From: Rhodanobacteraceae bacterium
Lineage (GTDB): Bacteria > Pseudomonadota > Gammaproteobacteria > Xanthomonadales > Rhodanobacteraceae
Assembly: GCA_051954935.1 (NCBI GenBank)
Contig: JBQCHG010000082.1
Location: forward strand, 16,409 to 80,408
DNA: 64,000 nt
Direction: 5' to 3'
Positions 48,098-58,214 of this stretch are shown here, one piece after another. Made by a program: the position numbers and the translations under genes. Numbering within the stretch: position 1 is the first letter of the stretch; the number at the start of each line of letters is the position of its first letter. The notes under the pieces were generated by a model. It was not told the DNA's origin, ran no database searches, and worked only from the letters and a program-made list of their open reading frames with translations.

Positions 48098-49222
48098 ATG
48101 CTGCGCCTCTCCATCCTCGACCGCTATTTGCTGCGTGAGCTGCTGGTCGGCACGCTGGCGGCCGTGGCCGTGCTGCTGGTGATCTTCACCGGCGGCACTT
48201 TCGCGGACATCCTGAACAAGGTTGCCTCGGGCCGGCTGCCCGGCGACATCATGTTCGAGGTGCTCGGTTTGCATCTGGTGGACACGCTTTCGGCGCTGCT
48301 GCCGATGGCAATGTTCCTCGGCATCATGCTGGCGCTTGGCCGCATGTACCGCGACAGCGAAATGCACGTGCTGTTCACCTCCGGCTTCGGTCCGCGCGGG
48401 ATGCTGCGTCCCGCCGCGATGCTCAGCATCGGCGCCGCGGTCCTGATCGCGCTGATTTCACTGTGGCTGGGCCCGCTGGCCACGCGCACCGCCAATGCCG
48501 AAGTGGAGCAGGCCAATCGTTCGGTGATCGCGGCCGGCCTCGAAGCCGGACGTTTCACCGAACTGCCCGGCAAGGGCGGGATCATCTTCGTGGACACCTT
48601 GAGCCCCGACGGCACCAAGCTCGGCAAGTTGTTCGTCGAGAGCGAACGCCCCGGCACCCAGGACGGCAAGCCGGTGACGCAGATCGACGTGATCACCGCC
48701 ACCCACGGCGAGCTGTACCACGAGGGTACCCAGGACAACCGCTTCATCGCTCTGTTCGACGGCCATCGCTTCGACGGGCATCTCGGCCACGACAACTGGC
48801 GCCTGATGAAATTCGCGCGCAACGATCTCGCGCTGTCGCCGCCCGACGACAATGGCGACGAGGACGATCCGGAGCATTCGCGCGCGACTTCACTGCTGAT
48901 CGGCGACAAGGATCCGGCCGCGCGCGCGGAATTGCAGTGGCGCATCGGCGCGCCGTTCGCGGCATTGGTGCTCGGCCTTTTGGCGCTGCCGATGTCGCGC
49001 CAGAACACGCGCTCGTCCACGCTGGGCAAGCTGGTGATCGCGGTGCTCGCGTACCTGGTGTTCGCCAATCTGCTCGTGCTCGCGCGCACCTTCATCGCGC
49101 AGGGCAAGGTGCCGGCGGCGCTTGGCCTGTGGTGGGTGCTGATTCCGGTGTTCGTGCTCTCGGCATGGCTGTTCGCGCGCCAGTACGCCGTGCGGCGCGT
49201 GCCGAAGGGAGCGCAGCCATGA
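48098..49222 (+). CDS. lptF: LPS export ABC transporter permease LptF
   Basis: Sequence starts MLRLSILDRYLLRELLVGTLAAVAVLLVIF. YjgP/YjgQ family. It precedes lptG with an ATGA overlap. Confidence 0.9.
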   Translation: MLRLSILDRYLLRELLVGTLAAVAVLLVIFTGGTFADILNKVASGRLPGDIMFEVLGLHLVDTLSALLPMAMFLGIMLALGRMYRDSEMHVLFTSGFGPRGMLRPAAMLSIGAAVLIALISLWLGPLATRTANAEVEQANRSVIAAGLEAGRFTELPGKGGIIFVDTLSPDGTKLGKLFVESERPGTQDGKPVTQIDVITATHGELYHEGTQDNRFIALFDGHRFDGHLGHDNWRLMKFARNDLALSPPDDNGDEDDPEHSRATSLLIGDKDPAARAELQWRIGAPFAALVLGLLALPMSRQNTRSSTLGKLVIAVLAYLVFANLLVLARTFIAQGKVPAALGLWWVLIPVFVLSAWLFARQYAVRRVPKGAQP

Positions 49223-50331
49223 TCGCGGCGGCGTGGCGCAGGGTGCGGATCAAGCGCGCGGACCGGTTGATCTGGGGTTCGGTGCTGGCCAGCGTCCTGA
49301 TTGCGTGGCTGGTGATCGTCGGGCTCGACACCTTCATCATTTTCGCCAAGCAGGTCGGTGACATCGGCCGCAACGGCTACACGCTGGGTGCAGCAGTCGC
49401 CTACGTCCTGCTGACGGTGCCGCGCCGCGTGTACGACTGGTTCGTGTTCGCCGCGCTGATCGGCAGCTTGATGGGCCTGGGCGGACTCGGCGCGAGCGGC
49501 GAGCTGACCGCATTGCGTGCGGCCGGCATGTCCAAGCTGCGCATCTGCCTTTCCGCCGCAGCGTTGGTGCTGATATTGATGGCGGGGGTGTTCGCCTTGG
49601 GCGAAACCGCCGCGCCCGCGGGCGAACAGCGCGCGCAGAACATCCAGTTGACGATGCGCTCGGGGCATCTCGGCATCACCCAGCGCAGCGGGCTGTGGGC
49701 CAAGGATGGCGACACCATCATCAATGCGAAAGCCGCGCTGGCGCGCACGGTTGATGGACATCCCAGCGTGGAACTCGCCGACGTGCGCGTGTTCGGTTTC
49801 AACGCCGCCGGCGAGCTGACATCGTTCCAGTGGGCCAGGACAGCGACGCAGAAAGGCGGCGAGTGGCTCATGCATGCGGTGCGCAACACCACGATCTCGC
49901 CGCAGGGCGCACACAGCACGTTTGCGAACCAGCTTTCATGGAAGTCGGGCCTCGACCCGGAGGTGCTCCAGCTCTCGGTGGTGCATCCGGAGTACCTCTC
50001 GCTCGCCGACCTGCAACGCAATATCGATTACCTGCGCAGCAACCAGCAGAACCCTGGCACCTACCTCAACGCGTTCTGGGGGCGCGCGCTGTATCCGCTC
50101 AACACCCTGGTGCTAGTGATGTGCGCGTTGCCGTTCGCGTTCGGCGCGCTGCGCTCCGGCGGCCTCGGCCGGCGGCTGTTCGTCGGCCTGCTGCTGGCGA
50201 TCGGCTGGTTCTTCCTGCAGCGCGCCGTGATTGGAATGGGCACCGTGTTCGGCATCCCGGCGTTCGCCGCGAATATCACGCCCGCTTTGCTGCTGATCGC
50301 GGCGGCGGTGTGGTATTTCAGGAGGGCGTGA
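49219..50331 (+). CDS. lptG: LPS export ABC transporter permease LptG
   Basis: Start at MIAAAWRRVRIKRADRLIWGSVL. YjgP/YjgQ family with six TM segments. Confidence 0.9.
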   Translation: MIAAAWRRVRIKRADRLIWGSVLASVLIAWLVIVGLDTFIIFAKQVGDIGRNGYTLGAAVAYVLLTVPRRVYDWFVFAALIGSLMGLGGLGASGELTALRAAGMSKLRICLSAAALVLILMAGVFALGETAAPAGEQRAQNIQLTMRSGHLGITQRSGLWAKDGDTIINAKAALARTVDGHPSVELADVRVFGFNAAGELTSFQWARTATQKGGEWLMHAVRNTTISPQGAHSTFANQLSWKSGLDPEVLQLSVVHPEYLSLADLQRNIDYLRSNQQNPGTYLNAFWGRALYPLNTLVLVMCALPFAFGALRSGGLGRRLFVGLLLAIGWFFLQRAVIGMGTVFGIPAFAANITPALLLIAAAVWYFRRA

Positions 50332-50430
50332 ACGGCACCGGGAATGGGTGGTGGCCGTACTTGCGCGAGCCCCGGCAGGGCAAAGCGATCCGCGGGCAGC
50401 GACGCCCTGCTACCCCGCTCCCACTCCCGC

Positions 50431-50940
50431 CTATTTCGACAGCCGCACCATCACTGTCTTGCAGATTCGATCGTGCAATGTGCGGTGTTGCGCATCGAAC
50501 AACGCCCACCAGAAGCCGATTCCGGCCAGGCCCAATGACAGCAGCGCGAGGAAGAATCGCGCCAGCGCACGCAGCACGCCGATCCTGCCGCCGTCCTGGC
50601 GCAGCAGTTTCAGTTTCCAGGCACGCATGCCGATGGTCTGGCCGATCCGCACCCACGAAATCGCGAAATACGCGATGGTCACCGCCAGCAGCGCGAGTTG
50701 CAGCCCCAGTCGTGTTCCCCATTCCGGGTGCGCCGGATCGTAGTGCCTGCCGAACGCAAACAGGCACACGAACGCGGTGATCATCCACAGCCCGATCAGC
50801 GGGAAGGCGTCATAGATGAGTGCGGCGATCCGGCGCCACAGCGGCGCGGGGTACGCAACAGGCCGACTCGACGCGGCGCCTGCTTCCGATTTCCCGCCCT
50901 GTTCATCGGAAAAGGTCGGTGTGGGTGAGGGACTGGTCAT
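50431..50940 (-). CDS. RDD family membrane protein
   Basis: Sequence contains PLWRRIAALIYDAFPLIGLW...IGQTIGMRAWKLKLL...TLHDRICKTVMV. Start at ATG 50940. Confidence 0.7.
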   Translation of the reverse strand: MTSPSPTPTFSDEQGGKSEAGAASSRPVAYPAPLWRRIAALIYDAFPLIGLWMITAFVCLFAFGRHYDPAHPEWGTRLGLQLALLAVTIAYFAISWVRIGQTIGMRAWKLKLLRQDGGRIGVLRALARFFLALLSLGLAGIGFWWALFDAQHRTLHDRICKTVMVRLSK

Positions 50941-50992
50941 GACCGTTCTAAAAAACCTTGCGCGGAATCCTGTCGCGCGCAAGCATCGCACG

Positions 50993-51925
50993 ATGCGAGC
51001 CGCTGTTGCCGAAATCGTCCCGGAAATCGCGAGCGCCGACCGCGCCGCGATCGAAGCCTTTCTCGAACGACTGTGGTCGCAGGACGGCCTCGCCGACCTT
51101 ACCCTGACGGCCTATCGCAGCGACCTGCAATTGTGCGCGGCCTGGCTGCGCGCGCGCGGCACGTCGCTGACCGGCGCGACTTACGAGAGTCTTGCACGCT
51201 ACCTAGGCGAGCGCGGCAAGGCACGGATCAAGGCACGCAGCAACGCGCGGCTGCTCACGGTGCTGCGGCGTTTTTACGCCGACTACGCGCGCACGCGTTC
51301 CGATTTCGATGACCCTACCCTGCTGCTGGACGCGCCGAAATTGCCGCGCAGCCTGCCCAAGGCACTCTCGGAACGCGAGGTCAATGCGCTGATCGCGGCT
51401 CCGGACATCGCCACGCCGCTCGGCCTGCGCGACCGTGCGATGCTGGAGCTGATGTACGCGTCAGGCTTGCGCGTGTCCGAACTCACAACGCTGCCGATCA
51501 GCTCCCTCAACCTGCGCCAGGGCGTGCTGCGCGTCACCGGCAAGGGCGGAAAGGATCGCCTCGTTCCGGTCGGCGAGAACGCGCTGGACTGGATCGACCG
51601 TTATCTGAAGGAGGGGCGGGCCCCGCTGGCCAAGGGCCGCACGCCGGATGCGCTGTTCCTCACCAACCGCGCCGCCGGCATGACACGGCAGATGGCCTGG
51701 ACGATGGTCAAGAAGCACGCGATGGCGGTCGGCATTCCGGCAAAAAAGATTTCACCGCACGTGCTGCGGCATTCCTTCGCCACCCACCTGCTGAACCACG
51801 GCGCCGACCTGCGCGCACTGCAGATGCTGCTCGGCCACAGCACGCTCTCGACCACGCAGATCTACACCCTGATCGCCAAGGAAAACCTGAAGCGCTTGCA
51901 TGCGGAGCATCACCCTCGCGGGTGA
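50993..51925 (+). CDS. xerD: Site-specific tyrosine recombinase XerD
   Basis: Sequence IEAFLERLWSQDGLADLTLTAYRSDL...ELMYASGLRVSEL...HVLRHSFATHLLNHGADLRALQMLLGHSTLSTTQIYT is collinear with E. coli XerD. An alternative start is ATG 50939. Confidence 0.9.
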   Translation: MRAAVAEIVPEIASADRAAIEAFLERLWSQDGLADLTLTAYRSDLQLCAAWLRARGTSLTGATYESLARYLGERGKARIKARSNARLLTVLRRFYADYARTRSDFDDPTLLLDAPKLPRSLPKALSEREVNALIAAPDIATPLGLRDRAMLELMYASGLRVSELTTLPISSLNLRQGVLRVTGKGGKDRLVPVGENALDWIDRYLKEGRAPLAKGRTPDALFLTNRAAGMTRQMAWTMVKKHAMAVGIPAKKISPHVLRHSFATHLLNHGADLRALQMLLGHSTLSTTQIYTLIAKENLKRLHAEHHPRG

Positions 51926-52241
51926 GGACGCGCGCTTGGCCGATGCCTTGGCACGGCTGCGCGGCCGACGTGGCGCGCAGGAGCGCGCCCGAGCGCCGAA
52001 GGCGGCCTGAGCCGCGCAGCGGAGAAGGTGAGCGCCAAGGATGGCGCGAATAACGCCCGCGCACGGATGTGCGGGCCGGCCCCACGCACCATGGAGGCTG
52101 CTTGCGTCCGCCCCGTTTACGTCGCCTGCGCCGCTGGAGGGCGCGGTTGAGATAAGGGTGTCGTGCCGCGACTCACGTCGGGCAAGAATTCCACGTGCTA
52201 GCATCCCCGCGCCGCGAGCGTATGCGGCTTCCGGGTCTGTC

Positions 52242-53078
52242 ATGTCCAAGCTGCTGTCCTGTCTTCTCGCGATCGCGCTGATCGCCAGCGCCTGCTCCGC
52301 GGGCGAAAACACCGATGCATCGTTCAGCGGCAAAACCGCCGCGCTCACGGGCAGGCCTGCGCCTTCCGCAACGACTGCTGTTGCGACGATGCAGGGGACG
52401 AGCATCGCCGACGCGCCCAGGCCGGTGCTGGATGCGATCCACATGCTCGCTCCCAAGGTGCAAATCCAGGCGGTGGACAAGACGCCGCTGCCCGGCCTGT
52501 ACCAGGTGATCGTGCAGGGGCAGGCGGTGTACGTCAGCGCGGATGGCCGCTACATGCTGCAGGGCGATGCTTTCGACCTGAAGACGCAGCGCGGGCTGGC
52601 TGACGCGCGACTGGATGCACTGCGCCGCGAAGCACTGGCGAAGATCCCGGCATCGCGCATGATCCGCTTCGCACCGGCGCATCCGAAATACACGGTCACG
52701 GTGTTCACAGACGTGGACTGCCCGTATTGCCGCGTGTTCCATTCGAAGATCGCCGAATACAACAAGCTCGGCATCGCTGTGGATTACCTCTTCTGGCCGC
52801 GCTCGGGCCTGAATACGCCCTCCTACGCCAAGGCTGTATCGGTGTGGTGCGCGCCCGACCGCAAGCGCGCCTTCACCGAAGCCAAGCATGGGGTGGACCC
52901 CAGGCCCGCGCACTGCGACAACCCGGTGGCGCACGACTACCAGCTCGGAATTGACCTCGGCGTCAACGGCACGCCGACCATCGTCGCGAGCAACGGCGCC
53001 GCTCTGAACGGCTACGCCGACCCCATGCAGCTGCTGCAGTGGCTGAGTGAGCTGCCGGGACCGAGGGATGGCGGCTAA
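52242..53078 (+). CDS. dsbC: Thiol:disulfide interchange protein DsbC
   Basis: Signal is MSKLLSCLLAIALIASA, followed by a dimerisation domain and a thioredoxin domain with FTDVDCPYCRVFH. xerD-dsbC synteny as in E. coli. Confidence 0.85.
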   Translation: MSKLLSCLLAIALIASACSAGENTDASFSGKTAALTGRPAPSATTAVATMQGTSIADAPRPVLDAIHMLAPKVQIQAVDKTPLPGLYQVIVQGQAVYVSADGRYMLQGDAFDLKTQRGLADARLDALRREALAKIPASRMIRFAPAHPKYTVTVFTDVDCPYCRVFHSKIAEYNKLGIAVDYLFWPRSGLNTPSYAKAVSVWCAPDRKRAFTEAKHGVDPRPAHCDNPVAHDYQLGIDLGVNGTPTIVASNGAALNGYADPMQLLQWLSELPGPRDGG

Positions 53079-53080
53079 GG

Positions 53081-53219
53081 AGCCTCTGAACAAGCTGCTG
53101 CGCTCGGCATGCCGCGCGCCGGCGGTGCTCGGCGTCCTCATGTACTGACGTGTACACTCCGGTGCCTGCGCTCCGGCGACGCGCAGCCTGCCTGCGCTCG
53201 CGACGCTTCTTCAGAGGCT
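53081..53219. repeat. Long copy 2 of the CTCTGAA...TTCAGAG repeat (139 nt with perfect 10-bp termini AGCCTCTGAA / TTCAGAGGCT)
   Basis: Near-identical to 11432..11562. It starts 3 nt after the dsbC stop. Confidence 0.85.
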
Positions 53220-53358
53220 CTCAAACCTTGAAGCGCCATCCCCACAAGGGGATAGGGGGGACAAGCGCGAAGCGCTTGACGGGTGAGGAGCTTCGAAGGC
53301 GAGCGCTCACGGCGCTGCTACAATAGCTGGCCTTGTCCCCGGCAGCCTTCCGACTCCC

Positions 53359-56300
53359 ATGATCGTCCTCGACGGGCGCTCTGCCCTGTCGCCGTTTCGT
53401 CTGGATCGTCTCAACGAACGCCTCGCCCATGTCGCGACCGGTGCACGCGTGCGCGGCGCGCGCTTCGTCTACTTCGCCGATGTGGAGCGGACGCTCGATC
53501 CGGGACAGCACCGTCGTCTCGCCGAAGTGCTGGACGCCGGTGAAGGCGCGCCGCTGGATGCCACGCTCTGGGTCGTGCCGCGGCTGGGCACGCTCTCGCC
53601 GTGGTCGTCGAAGGCCAGCGACATCCTGCACGACATCGGACTGCCCGTGCGGCGCGTCGAGCGCGGCACCGCGTTCCTGATCGAAGGAGTGCGGGCGGGC
53701 GATACCGCAACATTCGACGCGGTCGCGCAGGTGTTGCACGATCCGATGACGCAATCGGTACTGACCGCGCTGAATCAGGCGTCCGGCTTGTTCCTCGCCG
53801 GCCGACCCGGGCCGCTGCACACGGTCGGACTCGGCAGCGATCCGCGGGGCGCGCTGCAAGCGGCCAACAAGGAACTCGGCTTGGCGCTTGCCACCGACGA
53901 AATCGAATACCTGGTCGAACACTACGCGCGCCTGCAGCGCGATCCGACCGATGCGGAACTGGTGATGTTCGCGCAGGCCAATTCCGAACACTGCCGGCAC
54001 AAGATCTTCAACGCGCAGTTCACGGTGGACGGCGAGCCGCAGGCGGCCACGCTGTTCGGCATGATCCGCCACACCCACAAGATGTCGCCCGAGCACACGC
54101 TCAGCGCCTACAGCGACAACGCGGCGGTGATCGAGGGCTCGCACGGTGCGCGCTTTTTTGCCGACGCCGATGGCGTCTGGCGCACGCACCAGGAAGCGAT
54201 CCCGTACGCGATCAAGGTGGAGACGCACAATCATCCGACCGCGATCGCGCCGTGGCCCGGTGCGGCGACCGGCGCGGGCGGCGAGATCCGCGACGAAGGC
54301 GCGGTCGGCCGCGGCGGCAAGCCGAAAGCGGGCCTGACCGGCTTTTCGGTTTCACACCTGCGCATTCCGAGCCTGCCGCGTCCGTGGGAAACCGAGCGCC
54401 CGCTGCCCGCGCGCTTCGCCACCGCGTTCGAAATCATGCGCGATGGTCCGCTGGGTTCGGCCGCGTTCAACAACGAATTCGGGCGGCCCTGCCTCGGCGG
54501 TTATTTCCGCGCGTTCGAACAGGAGACCGGCGAACCCGGCGTGCGCCGCGGCTACGACAAGCCGATCATGATCGCCGGCGGCATCGCCAACGTGCGGCCG
54601 ATGCACGTTCGCAAGAACAGGCTCGCGCCGGACGATGCGGTGATCGTGCTCGGCGGCCCGGCGATGCTGATCGGTCTGGGCGGCGGCGCGGCCTCCTCCA
54701 TGGCCGGCGGCGCGTCGAGCGCGCAGCTCGATTTCGCCTCCGTCCAGCGCGACAACGCCGAGATGGAGCGCCGCTGCCAGGAAGTGATCGACGCCTGCAC
54801 CGCACTCGGCGACACGAATCCGATCGTCGCGATCCACGACGTCGGCGCCGGTGGCTTGTCGAATGCGATCCCGGAGCTGCTGCACGACTCCGGTGTCGGC
54901 GGCCGGATCGATCTCGACAAGGTGCCGCGCGACGACCCGCAGCTCACGCCGATGCAGTTGTGGTGCAACGAATCGCAGGAGCGTTACGTTCTGGGCGTGC
55001 GCCCGGCCGACCTGGCCAGGTTCGAAAAAATCTGCGCGCGCGAACGCTGCCCGTTCGCCGTGGCAGGTACGGCGACGGAAGAGCAGCGGTTGCTGGTCAC
55101 GTCTTCGCAATCCGACCCCCACCCCAATCCTCCTCCGCTTGCGGGGGAGGGAGACTCGCGCACAGCGCGGATGGGAGGGGGGCAATCGGCCGAAACGTCA
55201 AACGAAGCAATTATCGATCTTCCCCTCGACATGCTGCTCGGCAAGCCGCCGCGCATGCAGCGCGAGGCCACGCGCTTCAAGCCGCGCGTGGAAGTGGTGC
55301 CGGATCTTTCCGGCATCGGCCTGGACGAAGCCGTGCAGCGCGTGCTGCGCATGCCCGGCGTCGGCAGCAAGAGCTTCCTGATCACCATCGGCGATCGCAG
55401 CGTCGGCGGCCTGTGCTCGCGCGACCCGATGGTCGGCCCCTGGCAGGTGCCGGTGGCGGATTGCGCGGTGACGCTGGCCGACTTCGAAGGCTACGTGGGC
55501 GAAGCCATGGCGATGGCCGAACGCGCGCCGGTGGCGTTGCTGGATTCCGCGGCTGCCGCGAGATTGGCGGTCGGTGAAGCGATCACCAACCTGCTCGCCG
55601 CGCCGGTCGAGCTCGATGAAATCCGGCTTTCGGCGAACTGGATGGCGGCGAGCGGCAAGGCCGGCGAAGACGCGGCCTTGTTCGACGCCGTGCGCGCGGT
55701 CGGCGAGCAACTGTGCCCGACACTGAACATCTCGATTCCGGTCGGCAAGGATTCGCTGTCGATGCAGACCGTCTGGAACGATGGCGAACGCGAGCAGCGC
55801 ACCATCGCACCGGTGTCGCTGGTGGTGAGCGCCTTCGCGCGCGTGACGGATGCGCGCCGCGCACTGACGCCGCGCATCAAGCTCGATCGCGGCGATTCGG
55901 AATTGTGGCTGCTCGACCTCGGCGCCGGCCGCGACCGCCTCGCCGGCTCCTCGCTCACCCAGGCGTTCAATCGCGGCGGCGGCATCCCGCCCGATCTCGA
56001 CAACCCGCAGCGGCTGAAATCGCTGTTCGCGCTGGTCCGCGAAGCGGAAAGCGCCGGCCTGTTGCTGGCCTATCACGATCGCTCCGACGGCGGCGCGATC
56101 GTGACGCTGCTGGAAATGGCCTTCGCCGGGCATTGCGGGCTGGAAGTCCGCCTGGACGGCTGGGCCGATAATCCGCTGCGCGGCCTGTTCAACGAGGAAC
56201 TGGGCGCGGTGGTGCAGGTGCGCACGGCCGATCGCGACGCCTTCATGGCGCTGATCGCCAAGCATGGCCTCGCCTCCATGTGCCACGCGATCGGACGACC

Positions 56301-57303
56301 GAAGCCGAAGCTCGGCATCAAGCTGCTGGCCGGCGACGAGAAGCTGGCGAAGTGGAACTGGACACAGCTGTTCACCGCCTGGCACGAGACCAGCCATGCG
56401 ATGCAGCGCCTGCGTGACAACCCGACGAGCGCCGACGCCGAACGCACCTGGCGGATCAGCGACGACGATCCGGGCATCTCGCCGAAGCTCACCTTCGAAC
56501 CGGGCGAGGACGTCGCCGCGCCTTACATCGCACGCGGCGCGCGTCCGCGCGTGGCGGTATTGCGCGAGCAGGGCGTCAACGGCCAAGTCGAGATGGCCGC
56601 GGCATTCACGCGCGCGGGTTTCGAAGCGGTGGACGTGCACATGAGCGATCTGGCCGCCGGCCGCCACAGGCTTTCGGATTTCCACGGGCTCGCCGCTTGC
56701 GGCGGTTTCTCCTACGGCGACGTGCTGGGCGCGGGCCGCGGCTGGGCCGCATCCATCCTTTACCACGAGAAATTGCGCGAGCAGTTCGCGGCGTTCTTCG
56801 CCGATCCGAAGACCTTCGCGCTGGGCCTGTGCAACGGCTGCCAGATGCTTTCGCACCTGAAGGGCATCATCCCGGGCGCCGAACACTGGCCGAGCTTCCA
56901 GCGCAATGCTTCGGAGCAATACGAAGCGCGCTTCGTCACCGTCGAGGTGATGGAATCGCCCTCGATCTTCTTCCGCGGCATGGCCGGTTCGCGCATTCCG
57001 ATCGTCACCGCGCACGGCGAAGGCCGCGCGGTGTTCGCGCAAGATGCCAGGCCGAACAAGGCGAACGCGTGCCTGCGTTTCGTGGACAACCGCGGCAGGC
57101 CGACCGAAACGTTTCCGTTGAACCCGAATGGATCGTCCGACGGCCTGACCGGCTTCACCTCCGGCGACGGGCGCGTGATGATCCTGATGCCGCATCCGGA
57201 ACGCGTGTTTCGCACCATCCAGATGAGCTGGCGCCCGCTGGGCTGGGGCGAGGATTCGCCGTGGATGCGACTCTTCAGGAATGCCCGGGTCTTCGCAGGC
57301 TGA
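53359..57303 (+). CDS. purL: Phosphoribosylformylglycinamidine synthase (single-chain large PurL)
   Basis: Length is 1314 aa. Sequence starts [18 protein letters not shown]. Also seen are [11 protein letters not shown]...[25 protein letters not shown] and a C-terminal glutaminase with GLCNGCQML and PHPER. Confidence 0.95.
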   Translation: MIVLDGRSALSPFRLDRLNERLAHVATGARVRGARFVYFADVERTLDPGQHRRLAEVLDAGEGAPLDATLWVVPRLGTLSPWSSKASDILHDIGLPVRRVERGTAFLIEGVRAGDTATFDAVAQVLHDPMTQSVLTALNQASGLFLAGRPGPLHTVGLGSDPRGALQAANKELGLALATDEIEYLVEHYARLQRDPTDAELVMFAQANSEHCRHKIFNAQFTVDGEPQAATLFGMIRHTHKMSPEHTLSAYSDNAAVIEGSHGARFFADADGVWRTHQEAIPYAIKVETHNHPTAIAPWPGAATGAGGEIRDEGAVGRGGKPKAGLTGFSVSHLRIPSLPRPWETERPLPARFATAFEIMRDGPLGSAAFNNEFGRPCLGGYFRAFEQETGEPGVRRGYDKPIMIAGGIANVRPMHVRKNRLAPDDAVIVLGGPAMLIGLGGGAASSMAGGASSAQLDFASVQRDNAEMERRCQEVIDACTALGDTNPIVAIHDVGAGGLSNAIPELLHDSGVGGRIDLDKVPRDDPQLTPMQLWCNESQERYVLGVRPADLARFEKICARERCPFAVAGTATEEQRLLVTSSQSDPHPNPPPLAGEGDSRTARMGGGQSAETSNEAIIDLPLDMLLGKPPRMQREATRFKPRVEVVPDLSGIGLDEAVQRVLRMPGVGSKSFLITIGDRSVGGLCSRDPMVGPWQVPVADCAVTLADFEGYVGEAMAMAERAPVALLDSAAAARLAVGEAITNLLAAPVELDEIRLSANWMAASGKAGEDAALFDAVRAVGEQLCPTLNISIPVGKDSLSMQTVWNDGEREQRTIAPVSLVVSAFARVTDARRALTPRIKLDRGDSELWLLDLGAGRDRLAGSSLTQAFNRGGGIPPDLDNPQRLKSLFALVREAESAGLLLAYHDRSDGGAIVTLLEMAFAGHCGLEVRLDGWADNPLRGLFNEELGAVVQVRTADRDAFMALIAKHGLASMCHAIGRPKPKLGIKLLAGDEKLAKWNWTQLFTAWHETSHAMQRLRDNPTSADAERTWRISDDDPGISPKLTFEPGEDVAAPYIARGARPRVAVLREQGVNGQVEMAAAFTRAGFEAVDVHMSDLAAGRHRLSDFHGLAACGGFSYGDVLGAGRGWAASILYHEKLREQFAAFFADPKTFALGLCNGCQMLSHLKGIIPGAEHWPSFQRNASEQYEARFVTVEVMESPSIFFRGMAGSRIPIVTAHGEGRAVFAQDARPNKANACLRFVDNRGRPTETFPLNPNGSSDGLTGFTSGDGRVMILMPHPERVFRTIQMSWRPLGWGEDSPWMRLFRNARVFAG

Positions 57304-57304
57304 C

Positions 57305-58051
57305 ATGGGCACGGTTTCGCCAGCGCGCAGCGAAGCCGGACTGACCGAAAGCAATCGGCGCTTCTACGACGGCCTGTGGTCGCGCGCGCAGTTGATCGAG
57401 CCGCAACGCTTCAACACCTGGCCTCTGGTTTCCGAATTGTCCGCGCAACACACGCGGCGGCTGGAAATCGCGCCGGGCCTGCGCCCTCGCCTGCCGCTGC
57501 AGGACACCATCTTTCTCGATCTCAGTGCCCCGGCGCTGCGTGCCTTGCGCACCCGTGGCGCGAAAGCGGCGAATGGATTGATCGGCGCACTCCCCTTCCA
57601 CGACCACTCGTTCGACATGCTCTGCGCGATGGACATCGTCGAGCACGTGGCCGACGACGACGCGGCACTCGCGGAACTGGCGCGCGTGGCCGCGCCGGAT
57701 GCGGTGCTGTTGATCTCGGTGCCCCTCCATCCGGAAGCGTGGAATGCATTCGACGAATTCGTCGGCCATTGCCGCCGCTACGAACCGCAGGCGATCCTCG
57801 ACAAACTTTCGCGGCACGGCTTCGTGCTCGAGCGCAGTGCGATGTACGGCATGCAACCGAAATCCTCGGCGCTGCTCGATCTGGGGATGTGGTTCCTGCG
57901 CCGCCGTCCGCGCACCGCGATGCGCTGGTACAACCGCGTGTTCATGCCGCTGGGTCTGCGCATGCAGAAGCCGCTGCATTGGGTCGGCGGCATGATCGAC
58001 GCGCACGAGGTGGACGAAGTGCTGCTGGTGTGCCGCAGGTACGGCGCCTGA
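57305..58051 (+). CDS. Class I methyltransferase-like protein (Methyltransf_11-like, atypical motif I)
   Basis: Sequence LPFHDHSFDMLCAMDIVEHVADDDAALAELARVAAPDAVLLISVP matches post-I to motif III of SAM methyltransferases. Where GxGxG is expected it reads LEIAPGLRP. The ATG lies 1 nt after the purL TGA. Confidence 0.6.
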   Translation: MGTVSPARSEAGLTESNRRFYDGLWSRAQLIEPQRFNTWPLVSELSAQHTRRLEIAPGLRPRLPLQDTIFLDLSAPALRALRTRGAKAANGLIGALPFHDHSFDMLCAMDIVEHVADDDAALAELARVAAPDAVLLISVPLHPEAWNAFDEFVGHCRRYEPQAILDKLSRHGFVLERSAMYGMQPKSSALLDLGMWFLRRRPRTAMRWYNRVFMPLGLRMQKPLHWVGGMIDAHEVDEVLLVCRRYGA

Positions 58052-58214
58052 CGGGACGGGGGCGGGCCAGATCAGCCGATCATCACAGGTCGTTTACTTT
58101 ACCGGCTCAAGAATGTGAGTTGATGTATTCGGACCTGATCGAGGATGGAGGCGTGATCTGCTGCAAATCGGTGCCGTTCATGGCTCAAGGCACCGCCAAA
58201 AACGAGGGAGCGTC

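Noticed and set aside
50993-51925. Tyrosine recombinase, considered as a marker of an integrated mobile element
   Set aside because: It is collinear with housekeeping XerD along its whole length and lies in the conserved xerD-dsbC context. There is no att-like repeat, tRNA or phage or IS gene nearby.
51926-52241. 316-nt GC-rich xerD-dsbC spacer with a GGCGCGC-AGGA-GCGCGCC palindrome (51972-51989), considered as a further REP family or sRNA
   Set aside because: There is a single occurrence in the window and no clear terminator or promoter signals. The ORFs across it are artefactual. The evidence is insufficient to call anything.
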